From: Chrysomallon squamiferum
Taxonomy: Eukaryota; Animalia; Mollusca
NCBI GenBank assembly: GCA_012295275.1
Contig: CM022670.1
Location: forward strand, 14,942,001 to 15,006,000
DNA length: 64,000 nt
Direction of reading: 5' to 3'
The notes under the pieces were generated by a model that made no database searches, was not told the DNA's origin, and saw only the letters and a program-made list of their open reading frames with translations. The position numbers were made by a program, and so were the translations under genes. Positions 31,099-44,583 of this stretch are shown piece after piece. Numbering within the stretch: the first letter of the stretch is position 1; each line of letters starts with the position of its first letter.

Positions 31099-33116
31099 TT
31101 TAATATACCAATTTCATACAAGCAGTTACGAAACTTAACCGTAATCTTCTAATCGAAATTAACAAATGTAAAGATACTGTGATTTTCGAAAGTATTTGTT
31201 TTCACAAATTAGCGCTTTGTCTTTCCCACTTCAACATCCTCATTCATCTCATTTCACTCGAGAAAGACATTATTTGTATATGATTATTATATCTTTAACG
31301 ACCGGTATGTTATATTTCATCTGTATGTATCAACAGTCGTGTACCGATCGAGTTGTGTAGGAACATCACTGTAACTAACGATCAAAATAGACCGACCCTG
31401 AATATTACTGTAAATAATAGCTAGTTAGAGATGCGATCTATCAAATTTCTTACATTTGTTGATAATGTAGAACAATCGTTCTAACAACTGGACTCGGACA
31501 CATGATAATCCGGAGACTTTCGTTCAAGAATGAACAGGTTTTCGTAACTTGACTGTCAACATTTGTACCACTGATAAAGGGCGGAGAAACAGCAGAATGC
31601 GCTTACCTGAGACAGTTAAACTTTGATCACGATAAAAAGTCCACAAACGAAACAGAAAATCGAACAGTAAGGCCAAGGCGCAGTTCACTCTTAGACAATA
31701 AAGAAAGACAAAGCTGGGATAAAATCTGAGTTTATGTGTTCAAATATTCTATAGTCCCAGCGTTTCAACTGTTCCCTTTTTTACCGAATGTGTTATTGAA
31801 GGTAAAGGGCAGGTAACTAGTGATGTTTTGAACCCGGTTTAGATCTGTATTTAGATGTCTGCCTTATGGAATGTCTGTTTTTTGGTAGCAACCACTATCA
31901 TTCAACTTCGTATTTGAATAGTAATTATCTAAATATTCAAGTATTGCATGTTTAGAATGCATATTACGTTTCTTCCATGTATACAACATATGCAGAAATA
32001 TGTCTATGTATATGTATATATATGTGTGTGTTCATGTGTTTGTGTGTGTGTTTGTCTGTCTATATGTGTGTGTATGTTTATGCATGTATTTGTATTCTTT
32101 TTAGAGCTTTTTTCTTCAGTACTCTTTCGTTTTTTTGCAGTTAACATCTATTTAAGACGACTGATAAATGTTTCTAAATTCCTATGTTGGTAGGTCATTG
32201 TTGTTAGATGATTGCATATAATAAAAATATTTTCTAAAGTAAGTTGTATGCTGTTTAAATAAAGAAACAAATCTGTATGATTAAAGGCAAAGCTGGATCT
32301 ACTTTCAATCTGACATAACTTTATTCAACACTATTATTATTATTATTATTATTATTTTATTTTTAACAAAGAAAAAGACCAATCAAACAACCACAGAATC
32401 TCCCAAAATAATAATAACAGTATAACAACATCAGGATAAAAAGAACATTTAAGAGATAATTTTTTGTTTATATTGCTTTCTTTAGATTCATTTAAAGTTA
32501 GAACTTTTAATAAAATAATAAAAACTAAATTATAAAATATTTATACTTAAAAAGTATCAAATAAAGACTGCTGACACAAAGTTACACATTAAAGTTCATT
32601 TTTTGTTTCTTCAATGTATATTTTAAGCAGTTCTCTAAATTTTCCTCAGCTGTAAGAATGACCGTTTGAAAGCGTAGAAATATTTGTCTTTTAAAAGGTA
32701 ATTTATTTGAAGGTGTGGTTTTGTTTGTCATAATATTTAATGGAATATTAAATACTTTACATATAACGAATATTTATTCATTAAGAATTGTGTCTCAGTT
32801 TCTGAAAATAACGACATAATTATTAGTTGGTAATTATATTTTAAACGTGCACATAAAGAGTTTTTCAAATTTTTATTTTATTCGTTATTTTTAATATATT
32901 CTACTATTTAATTGTAATGTGCATTTTTTTTTTCTAAGCATATAAATTAATGAAAAAAAAAAGAAGAAAAAAGGAAGAAAATAAAAGAAAAGATAAAAGT
33001 ATTAGAGTGCATGATGTCACGTGGCAACGAATGACGTCAAATCAAACCGTTTGCCGGTAGCTGACGCCATTGTTTTATTTATCATTTCGTTAAGTATTTT
33101 GTAAGGCGATTTTAAA

Positions 33117-33452
33117 ATGTCAGGTTCGTGGACGTACAGTCTGTTTGGATGCTACCACGATATCTGTACCTGCTTCATCACGGTCATCTTCCCGTGTGTT
33201 ACATTCGGAAATAATGCTTCGATGGTCGGCCATAACTGCTGTGTTTGTGCTGTGCTATACACCATTCCCGTGCTGGACTGTTTAGCTGCATGGTCGGTGA
33301 GAAGAAAGATCCGGAAGATGAGAGGTATCAGTGGAAACTGTTTGACCGATACTTTCGCTGTGTTGGTCTGTCCTCTGTGTGCGCTGGTGCAAGAAGCCCA
33401 GGAACTTAAAGATTTGAGATCGCCAAGCGTCATCGTCATAGAACGGGAGTAG
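33117..33452 (+). CDS. PLAC8: PLAC8/cornifelin-family protein, array copy 3 (type C, intermediate), 111 aa
   Basis: Intact ORF with T6, V28, K67, M68, D99, V105 and I106. Confidence 0.93.
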   Translation: MSGSWTYSLFGCYHDICTCFITVIFPCVTFGNNASMVGHNCCVCAVLYTIPVLDCLAAWSVRRKIRKMRGISGNCLTDTFAVLVCPLCALVQEAQELKDLRSPSVIVIERE

Positions 33453-33588
33453 AACGTCATTTTAAAATACAAGTTTGGAAAATGTTTTAAAGAAGTCGTC
33501 AGCTTAAGTTACCAAAAAAAAAAAAAAAAAAGAAAAAAGAAAAGAAAAGGAAAAGAGAAAAGAAAAAAAGAAAAGGAAAAAGAAAAAG

Positions 33589-33623
<35 letters not shown>

Positions 33624-33674
33624 AAAGAAAACTGAAATAATTAAAAAAAAAATAATAATGAAAAAACAACCCCC

Positions 33675-33736
<62 letters not shown>

Positions 33737-34281
33737 AATAAATAAAATAAACTTAATACGACTAAAACAACGAACATTTAAAAAAAATATATTTAATCTG
33801 GACTTTATGAATATATGACATTAACGTTCTTAAATTACAACCATATAGATGTGTTTCTTATATGTGTATTTATTTATTATATATAAGTTTATTTTACAAA
33901 ATGAATATAGTAATATATATGTATATGTACAATATGAATTTGTTGTTATCACTTTGTTTTGAAAATACATTTTAGAAAGTAAAAATTGTAAAATTGATCA
34001 CTGAAGGGTATATATACGCATGAGGATGAAGATAGTCTCCCCTTACTGTCTCGTTCTTTAAATATTCTCATAAATATTCTGATATCAAAATAAAGAAACT
34101 AAGTTTATATCTATCATTTACTATTTATTTATGTTTTCTCAGTTTCAAACATTTCATTATTTTGTTTTTTACTGTCTGAAAGTATTTGAAACTGGTCTGT
34201 ATAGATATATCACTTTTATAATTGTGATTAAGTAACCCGTTCCCTCGGCGCCACTCCCCAAAACAAAACAATAAGAACAAA

Positions 34282-34316
<35 letters not shown>

Positions 34317-35539
34317 AAAAAGAAAATAAAAACTTCCATAATATTTGTGTATTACATTTCACTGGCTCCATTACAGCTCGGATATGTTTATTGCTCATAA
34401 ATTTAAGTTCTTTTAATTTTTATCACTTAACAACACTCGTTCAAAAAAAAAAAAAAAAAAAGAATAAAAAATGAAACAAATAAAAATCTATGTATAATTC
34501 GTATAATAAACAATATATAACAGATACCCAGTAACTTTAAGAAAAAGTGAAATATTTTAGTGATATCTTATCAGACAGCCTTTACCTGTTTACATTGACA
34601 ACAACGCATTCTTACGTCTTGCTGATCATGTCATTATAAATACGTTTATAAATATACAGAGATTTAGCTATGCAGTTCAGTTTACTGTATATTATGTGAA
34701 AAAAAAGGTGTTATTGGCTTATCTGAAAAAACTTGGAGCGTATGTCATCAGACATTCAGACATCATTCGAGTTGTATCGGGACATCTCTATACTTACCAC
34801 TCTAAGTACATCGACCCTCAGTGCTAATGTAAATAATATTCTATAGACTTTAAATAAATATTTTAATAAGTAAAAAAGAACAACATCAGCAACAACAAAA
34901 CAAACAAAAAATGAGTAAAAAACTGATTAATTACTAACTGACATCACAATTAATGCAGTGTTTAATTGTGGTGTTTTAAATTTAATATTTTTATTCCCCG
35001 GTACAAAAGAAAAGTATTTGCACCGAAGATAATTTCACGGTTAAGACAATGAAATATTTACAGAGATCAGTCTAATGGACATTAAAATTTTAGATGAGGT
35101 TAGACCAACTGATAATATTTTAGGTGTGGATTTGAATCGAGCGAGCGAGGACAGTTCATATCATCTGTTCCGTAACAGGTCCCCTTGCCAAAGACACGTA
35201 AAACTGTTTTGCTGTGTTTATGTAATGTTTGCTCTGTTATATATTGCTGGTACTGCTCCAGTCTTCCCAACAGCTTGCTTAAATTATTTTAATGACTCAT
35301 AGGTTAGGAAAACATTCTGGGTATTTTGTTTTAAAGATTCATTCATTCAAATCGATGCAGCTTCAGAAGCTGACTCAAGGCGTCCAGTTCAGTGACTACA
35401 CAGGTAATATGGTAGAGTTTACATAATAGACAAGTGCTTACTTTTCGTTGAGTCAGTTGTGTTAATCATTTGGCTTATTGACTTTACAGCAGAAGTGTTT
35501 CTATTATTGTTTTTTTTGCATGTGTGTGTATGTAAGCAT

Positions 35540-35597
<58 letters not shown>

Positions 35598-37613
35598 TTT
35601 AATATACCAATTTCATACAAGCAGTTACGAAACTTAACCGTAATCTTCTAATCGAAATTAACAAATGTAAAGATACTGTGATTTTCGAAGTATTTGTTTT
35701 CACAAATTAGCGCTTTGTCTTTCCCACTTCAACATCCTCATTCATCTCATTTCACTCGAGAAAGACATTATTTGTATATGATTATTATATCTTTAACGAC
35801 CGGTATGTTATATTTCATCTGTATGTATCAACAGTCGTGTACCGATCGAGTTGTGTAGGAACATCACTGTAACTAACGATCAAAATAGACCGACCCTGAA
35901 TATTACTGTAAATAATAGCTAGTTAGAGATGCGATCTATCAAATTTCTTACATTTGTTGATAATGTAGAACAATCGTTCTAACAACTGGACTCGGACACA
36001 TGATAATCCGGAGACTTTCGTTCAAGAATGAACAGGTTTTCGTAACTTGACTGTCAACATTTGTACCACTGATAAAGGGCGGAGAAACAGCAGAATGCGC
36101 TTACCTGAGACAGTTAAACTTTGATCACGATAAAAAGTCCACAAACGAAACAGAAAATCGAACAGTAAGGCCAAGGCGCAGTTCACTCTTAGACAATAAA
36201 GAAAGACAAAGCTGGGATAAAATCTGAGTTTATGTGTTCAAATATTCTATAGTCCCAGCGTTTCAACTGTTCCCTTTTTACCGAATGTGTTATTGAAGGT
36301 AAAGGGCAGGTAACTAGTGATGTTTTGAACCCGGTTTAGATCTGTATTTAGATGTCTGCCTTATGGAATGTCTGTTTTTGGTAGCAACCACTATCATTCA
36401 ACTTCGTATTTGAATAGTAATTATCTAAATATTCAAGTATTGCATGTTTAGAATGCATATTACGTTTCTTCCATGTATACAACATATGCAGAAATATGTC
36501 TATGTATATGTATATATATGTGTGTGTTCATGTGTTTGTGTGTGTGTTTGTCTGTCTATATGTGTGTGTATGTTTATGCATGTATTTGTATTCTTTTTAG
36601 AGCTTTTTTTCTTCAGTACTCTTTCGTTTTTTGCAGTTAACATCTATTTAAGACGACTGATAAATGTTTCTAAATTCCTATGTTGGTAGGTCATTGTTGT
36701 TAGATGATTGCATATAATAAATATTTTTCTAAAGTAAGTTGTATGCTGTTTAAATAAAGAAACAAATCTGTATGATTAAAGGCAAAGCTGGATCTACTTT
36801 CAATCTGACATAACTTTATTCAACACTATTATTATTATTATTATTATTATTTTATTTTTAACAAAGAAAAAGACCAATCAAACAACCACAGAATCTCCCA
36901 AAATAATAATAACAGTAAAACAACATCAGGATAAAAAGAACATTTAAGAGATAATTTTTTTTGTTTATATTGCTTTCTTTAGATTCATTTAAAGTTAGAA
37001 CTTTTAATAAAATAATAAAAACTAAATTATAAAATATTTATACTTAAAAAGTATCAAATAAAGACTGCTGACACAAAGTTACACATTAAAGTTCATTTTT
37101 TGTTTCTTCAATGTATATTTTAAGCAGTTCTCTAAATTTTCCTCAGCTGTAAGAATGACCGTTTGAAAGCGTAGAAATATTTGTCTTTTAAAAGGTAATT
37201 TATTTGAAGGTGTGGTTTTGTTTGTCATAATATTTAATGGAATATTAAATACTTTACATATAACGAATATTTATTCATTAAGAATTGTGTCTCAGTTTCT
37301 GAAAATAACGACATAATTATTAGTTGGTAATTATATTTTAAACGTGCACATAAAGAGTTTTTCAAATTTTTATTTTATTCGTTATTTTTTAATATATTCT
37401 ACTATTTAATTGTAATGTGCATTTTTTTTTTCTAAGCATATAAATTAATGAAAAAAAAAAGAAGAAAAAAGAAGAAAATAAAAGAAAAGATAAAAGTATT
37501 AGAGTGCATGATGTCACGTGGCAACGAATGACGTCAAATCAAACCGTTTGCCAGTAGATGACGCCATTGTTTTATTTATCATTTCGTTAAGTATTTTGTA
37601 AGGCGATTTTAAA

Positions 37614-37949
37614 ATGTCAGGTTCGTGGACGTACAGTCTGTTTGGATGCTACCACGATATCTGTACCTGCTTCATCACGGTCATCTTCCCGTGTGTTACA
37701 TTCGGAAATAATGCTTCGATGGTCGGCCATAACTGCTGTGTTTGTGCTGTGCTATACACCATTCCCGTGCTGGACTGTTTAGCTGCATGGTCGGTGAGAA
37801 GAAAGATCCGGGAGGTGAGAGGTATCAGTGGAAACTGTTTGACCGATACTTTCGCTGTGTTGGTCTGTCCTCTGTGTGCGCTGGTGCAAGAAGCCCAGGA
37901 ACTTAAAGATTTGAGATCGCCAAGTGCCATCGTCATAGAACGGGAGTAG
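37614..37949 (+). CDS. PLAC8: PLAC8/cornifelin-family protein, array copy 4 (type A), 111 aa
   Basis: Intact ORF, identical to the copy 1 protein except V28. Confidence 0.93.
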   Translation: MSGSWTYSLFGCYHDICTCFITVIFPCVTFGNNASMVGHNCCVCAVLYTIPVLDCLAAWSVRRKIREVRGISGNCLTDTFAVLVCPLCALVQEAQELKDLRSPSAIVIERE

Positions 37950-38009
37950 AACGTCATTTTAAAATACAAGTTTGGAAAATGTTTTAAAGAAGTCGTCAGC
38001 TTAAGTTAC

Positions 38010-38116
<107 letters not shown>

Positions 38117-38165
38117 AAAAAAAAATGAAAAAAAAAAAAAAAAAAAAATAAAAAAAAACAACCCC

Positions 38166-38204
<39 letters not shown>

Positions 38205-40015
38205 AAAACAAACAATAAAGAATTATAAAATAAACTTAATACGACTAAAACAACGAACATTTTTAAAAAAAAAATATTTAATCTGGACTTTATGAATATA
38301 TGACATTAACGTTCTTAAATTACAACCATATAGATGTGTTTCTTATATGTGTATTTATTTATTATATATAAGTTTATTTTACAAAATGAATATAGTAATA
38401 TATATGTATATGTACAATATGAATTTGTTGTTATCACTTTGTTTTGAAAATACATTTTAGAAAGTAAAAATTGTAAAATTGATCACTGAAGGGTATATAT
38501 ACGCATGAGGATGAAGATAGTCTCCCCTTACTGTCTCGTTCTTTAAATATTCTCATAAATATTCTGATATCAAAATAAAGAAACTAAGTTTATATCTATC
38601 ATTTACTATTTATTTATGTTTTCTCAGTTTCAAACATTTCATTATTTTGTTTTTTACTGTCTCTGAAAGTATTTGAAACTGGTCTGTATAGATATATCAC
38701 TTTTATAATTGTGATTAAGTAACCCGTTCCCTCGGCGCCACTCCCCAAAACAAAACAATAAGAACAAATAAATAAATAAATAAATAAAATAAAAACTTCC
38801 ATAATATTTGTGTATTACATTTCACTGGCTCCATTACAGCTCGGATATGTTTATTGCTCATAAATTTAAGTTCTTTTAATTTTTATCACTTAACAACACT
38901 CGTTCAAAAAAGAAAAAAGAAAAAAAAAGAATAAAAAATGAAACAAATAAAAATCTATGTATAATTCGTATAATAAACAATATATAACAGATACCCAGTA
39001 ACTTTAAGAAAAAGTGAAATATTTTAGTGATATCTTATCAGACAGCCTTTACCTGTTTACATTGACAACAACGCATTCTTACGTCTTGCTGATCATGTCA
39101 TTATAAATACGTTTATAAATATACAGAGATTTAGCTATGCAGTTCAGTTTACTGTATATTATGTGAAAAAAAAGGTGTTATTGGCTTATCTGAAAAAACT
39201 TGGAGCGTATGTCATCAGACATTCAGACATCATTCGAGTTGTATCGGGACATCTCTATACTTACCACTCTAAGTACATCGACCCTCAGTGCTAATGTAAA
39301 TAATATTCTATAGACTTTAAATAAATATTTTAATAAGTAAAAAAAGAACAACATCAGCAACAACAAAACAAACAAAAAATGAGTAAAAAACTGATTAATT
39401 ACTAACTGACATCACAATTAATGCAGTGTTTAATTGTGGTGTTTTAAATTTAATATTTTTATTCCCCGGTACAAAAGAAAAGTATTTGCACCGAAGATAA
39501 TTTCACGGTTAAGACAATGAAATATTTACAGAGATCAGTCTAATGGACTAATGGACATTAAAATTTTAGATGAGGTTAGACCAACTGATAATATTTTAGG
39601 TGTGGATTTGAATCGAGCGAGCGAGGACAGTTCATATCATCTGTTCCGTAACAGGTCCCCTTGCCAAAGACACGTAAAACTGTTTTGCTGTGTTTATGTA
39701 ATGTTTGCTCTGTTATATATTGCTGGTACTGCTCCAGTCTTCCCAACAGCTTGCTTAAATTATTTTAATGACTCATAGGTTAGGAAAACATTCTGGGTAT
39801 TTTGTTTTAAAGATTCATTCATTCAAATCGATGCAGCTTCAGAAGCTGACTCAAGGCGTCCAGTTCAGTGACTACACAGGTAATATGGTAGAGTTTACAT
39901 AATAGACAAGTGCTTACTTTTCGTTGAGTCAGTTGTGTTAATCATTTGGCTTATTGACTTTACAGCAGAAGTGTTTCTATTATTGTTTTTTTTGCATGTG
40001 TGTGTATGTAAGCAT

Positions 40016-40055
<40 letters not shown>

Positions 40056-42071
40056 TTTAATATACCAATTTCATACAAGCAGTTACGAAACTTAACCGTA
40101 ATCTTCTAATCGAAATTAACAAATGTAAAGATACTGTGATTTTCGAAGTATTTGTTTTCACAAATTAGCGCTTTGTCTTTCCCACTTCAACATCCTCATT
40201 CATCTCATTTCACTCGAGAAAGACATTATTTGTATATGATTATTATATCTTTAACGACCAGTATGTTATATTTCATCTGTATGTATCAACAGTCGTGTAC
40301 CGATCGAGTTGTGTAGGAACATCACTGTAACTAACGATCAAAATAGACCGACCCTGAATATTACTGTAAATAATAGCTAGTTAGAGATGCGATCTATCAA
40401 ATTTCTTACATTTGTTGATAATGTAGAACAATCGTTCTAACAACTGGACTCGGACACATGATAATCCGGAGACTTTCGTTCAAGAATGAACAGGTTTTCG
40501 TAACTTGACTGTCAACATTTGTACCACTGATAAAGGGCGGAGAAACAGCAGAATGCGCTTACCTGAGACAGTTAAACTTTGATCACGATAAAAAGTCCAC
40601 AAACGAAACAGAAAATCGAACAGTAAGGCCAAGGCGCAGTTCACTCTTAGACAATAAAGAAAGACAAAGCTGGGATAAAATCTGAGTTTATGTGTTCAAA
40701 TATTCTATAGTCCCAGCGTTTCAACTGTTCCCTTATTTACCGAATGTGTTATTGAAGGTAAAGGGCAGGTAACTAGTGATGTTTTGAACCCGGTTTAGAT
40801 CTGTATTTAGATGTCTGCCTTATGGAATGTCTGTTTTTTGGTAGCAACCACTATCATTCAACTTCGTATTTGAATAGTAATTATCTAAATATTCAAGTAT
40901 TGCATGTTTAGAATGCATATTACGTTTCTTCCATGTATACAACATATGCAGAAATATGTCTATGTATATGTATATATATGTGTGTGTTCATGTGTTTGTG
41001 TGTGTGTTTGTCTGTCTATATGTGTGTGTATGTTTATGCATGTATTTGTATTCTTTTTAGAGCTTTTTTCTTCAGTACTCTTTCGTTTTTTTGCAGTTAA
41101 CATCTATTTAAGACGACTGATAAATGTTTCTAAATTCCTATGTTGGTAGGTCATTGTTGTTAGATGATTGCATATAATAAATATTTTTCTAAAGTAAGTT
41201 GTATGCTGTTTAAATAAAGAAACAAATCTGTATGATTAAAGGCAAAGCTGGATCTACTTTCAATCTGACATAACTTTATTCAACACTATTATTATTATTA
41301 TTATTATAATTTTATTTTTAACAAAGAAAAAGACCAATCAAACAACCACAGAATCTCCCAAAATAATAATAACAGTATAACAACATCAGGATAAAAAGAA
41401 CATTTAAGAGATAATTTTTGTTTATATTGCTTTCTTTAGATTCATTTAAAGTTAGAACTTTTAATAAAATAATAAAAACTAAATTATAAAATATTTATAC
41501 TTAAAAAGTATCAAATAAAGACTGCTGACACAAAGTTACACATTAAAGTTCATTTTTTGTTATTTCTTCAATGTATATTTTAAGCAGTTCTCTAAATTTT
41601 CCTCAGCTGTAAGAATGACCGTTTGAAAGCGTAGAAATATTTGTCTTTTAAAAGGTAATTTTATTTGAAGGTGTGGTTTTGTTTGTCATAATATTTAATG
41701 GAATATTAAATACTTTACATATAACGAATATTTATTCATTAAGAATTGTGTCTCAGTTTCTGAAAATAACGACATAATTATTAGTTGGTAATTATATTTT
41801 AAACGTGCACATAAAGAGATTTTCAAATTTTTATTTTATTCGTTATTTTTAATATATTCTACTATTTAATTGTAATGTGCATTTTTTTTCTAAGCATATA
41901 AATTCATGAAAAAAAATAAAATAAAAAAGAAGAAAATAAAAGAAAAGATAAAAGTATTAGAGTGCATGATGTCACGTGGCAACGAATGACGTCAAATCAA
42001 ACCGTTTGCCGGTAGCTGACGCCATTGTTTTATTTATCATTTCGTTAAGTATTTTGTAAGGCGATTTTAAA

Positions 42072-42446
42072 ATGTCAGGTTCGTGGAAGTACAGTCTGTT
42101 TGGATGCTACCACGATATCTGTACCTGCTTCATCACGGTCATCTTCCCGTGTGTTACATTCGGAGATAATGCTTCGATGGTCGGCCATAACTGCTGTGTT
42201 TGTGCTGTGCTATACACCATTCCCGTGCTGGACTGTTTAGCTGCATGGTCGGTGAGAAGAAAGATCCGGAAGATGAGAGGTATCAGTGGAAACTGTTTGA
42301 CCGATACTTTCGCTGTGTTGGTCTGTCCTCTGTGTGCGCTGGTGCAAGAAGCCCAGGAACTTAAAGCTTTGAGATCGCCAAGCGTCATGGTCATAGAACG
42401 GGGAGTAGAACGTCATTTTAAAATACAAGTTTGGAAAATGTTTTAA
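42072..42446 (+). CDS. PLAC8: PLAC8/cornifelin-family protein, array copy 5 (type B), 124 aa as assembled because of a +1 G just before the normal stop
   Basis: Same as copy 2 plus N32D. Reads gaacggggagtag instead of gaacgggagtag at ~42396-42408, which extends the C-terminus (a real variant or a homopolymer error). Confidence 0.88.
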   Translation: MSGSWKYSLFGCYHDICTCFITVIFPCVTFGDNASMVGHNCCVCAVLYTIPVLDCLAAWSVRRKIRKMRGISGNCLTDTFAVLVCPLCALVQEAQELKALRSPSVMVIERGVERHFKIQVWKMF

Positions 42447-42534
42447 AGAAGTCGTCAGCTTAAGTTAAAAAAAAAAAAAAAAAAAAAAGAAAAGAAAAGG
42501 AAAAAGAAAAAAAAAAAAAAAGAAAAGGAAAAAG

Positions 42535-42569
<35 letters not shown>

Positions 42570-43263
42570 AAAGAAAACTGAAATAATTAAAAAAAAAATA
42601 ATAATGAAAAAACAACCCCCACCAAAAAAAAAAAAAAAAAAAAAAAAAAAATAAAACAAACAAAAAAAAAAAAAAAATGTATATAATAATAACAAAAGAA
42701 AATAAAACAAACAATAAAGAATTATAAAATAAACTTAATACGACTAAAACAACGAACATTTAAAAAAAATATATTTAATCTGGACTTTATGAATATATGA
42801 CATTAACGTTCTTAAATTACAACCATATAGATGTGTTTCTTATATGTGTATTTATTTATTATATATAAGTTTATTTTACAAAATGAATATAGTAATATAT
42901 ATGTATATGTACAATATGAATTTGTTGTTATCACTTTGTTTTGAAAATACATTTTAGAAAGTAAAAATTGTAAAATTGATCACTGAAGGGTATATATACG
43001 CATGAGGATGAAGATAGTCTCCCCTTACTGTCTCGTTCTTTAAATATTCTCATAAATATTCTGATATCAAAATAAAGAAACTAAGTTTATATCTATCATT
43101 TACTATTTATTTATGTTTTCTCAGTTTCAAACATTTCATTATTTTGTTTTTTACTGTCTGAAAGTATTTGAAACTGGTCTGTATAGATATATCACTTTTA
43201 TAATTGTGATTAAGTAACCCGTTCCCTCGGCGCCACTCCCCAAAACAAAACAATAAGAACAAA

Positions 43264-43318
<55 letters not shown>

Positions 43319-44546
43319 AATAAAAACTTCCATAATATTTGTGTATTACATTTCACTGGCTCCATTACAGCTCGGATATGTTTATTGCTCATAAATTTAA
43401 GTTCTTTTAATTTTTATTACTTAACAACACTCGTTCAAAAAACAAAAAAAAAAAAAAAAGAATAAAAAATGAAACAAATAAAAATCTATGTATAATTCGT
43501 ATAATAAACAATATATAACAGATACCCAGTAACTTTAAGAAAAAGTGAAATATTTTAGTGATATCTTATCAGACAGCCTTTACCTGTTTACATTGACAAC
43601 AACGCATTCTTACGTCTTGCTGATCATGTCATTATAAATACGTGTATAAATATACAGAGATTTAGCTATGCAGTTCAGTTTCCTGTATATTATGTGAAAA
43701 AAAAGGTGTTATTGGCTTATCTGAAAAAACTTGGAGCGTATGTCATCAGACATTCAGACATCATTCGAGTTGTATCGGGACATCTCTATACTTACCACTC
43801 TAAGTACATCGACCCTCAGTGCTAATGTAAATAATATTCTATAGACTTTAAATAAATATTTTAATAAGTAAAAAAGAACAACATCAGCAACAACAAAACA
43901 AACAAAAAATGAGTAAAAAACTGATTAATTACTAACTGACATCACAATTAATGCAGTGTTTAATTGTGGTGTTTTAAATTTAATATTTTTATTCCCCGGT
44001 ACAAAAGAAAAGTATTTGCACCGAAGATAATTTCACGGTTAAGACAATGAAATATTTACAGAGATCAGTCTAATGGACTAATGGACATTAAAATTTTAGA
44101 TGAGGTTAGACCAACTGATAATATTTTAGGTGTGGATTTGAATCGAGCGAGCGAGGACAGTTCATATCATCTGTTCCGTAACAGGTCCCCTTGCCAAAGA
44201 CACGTAAAACTGTTTTGCTGTGTTTATGTAATGTTTGCTCTGTTATATATTGCTGGTACTGCTCCAGTCTTCCCAACAGCTTGCTTAAATTATTTTAATG
44301 ACTCATAGGTTAGGAAAACATTCTGGGTATTTTGTTTTAAAGATTCATTCATTCAAATCGATGCAGCTTCAGAAGCTGACTCAAGGCGTCCAGTTCAGTG
44401 ACTACACAGGTAATATGGTAGAGTTTACATAATAGACAAGTGCTTACTTTTCGTTGAGTCAGTTGTGTTAATCATTTGGCTTATTGACTTTACAGCAGAA
44501 GTGTTTCTATTATTGTTTTTTTTGCATGTGTGTGTATGTAAGCATG

Positions 44547-44583
<37 letters not shown>

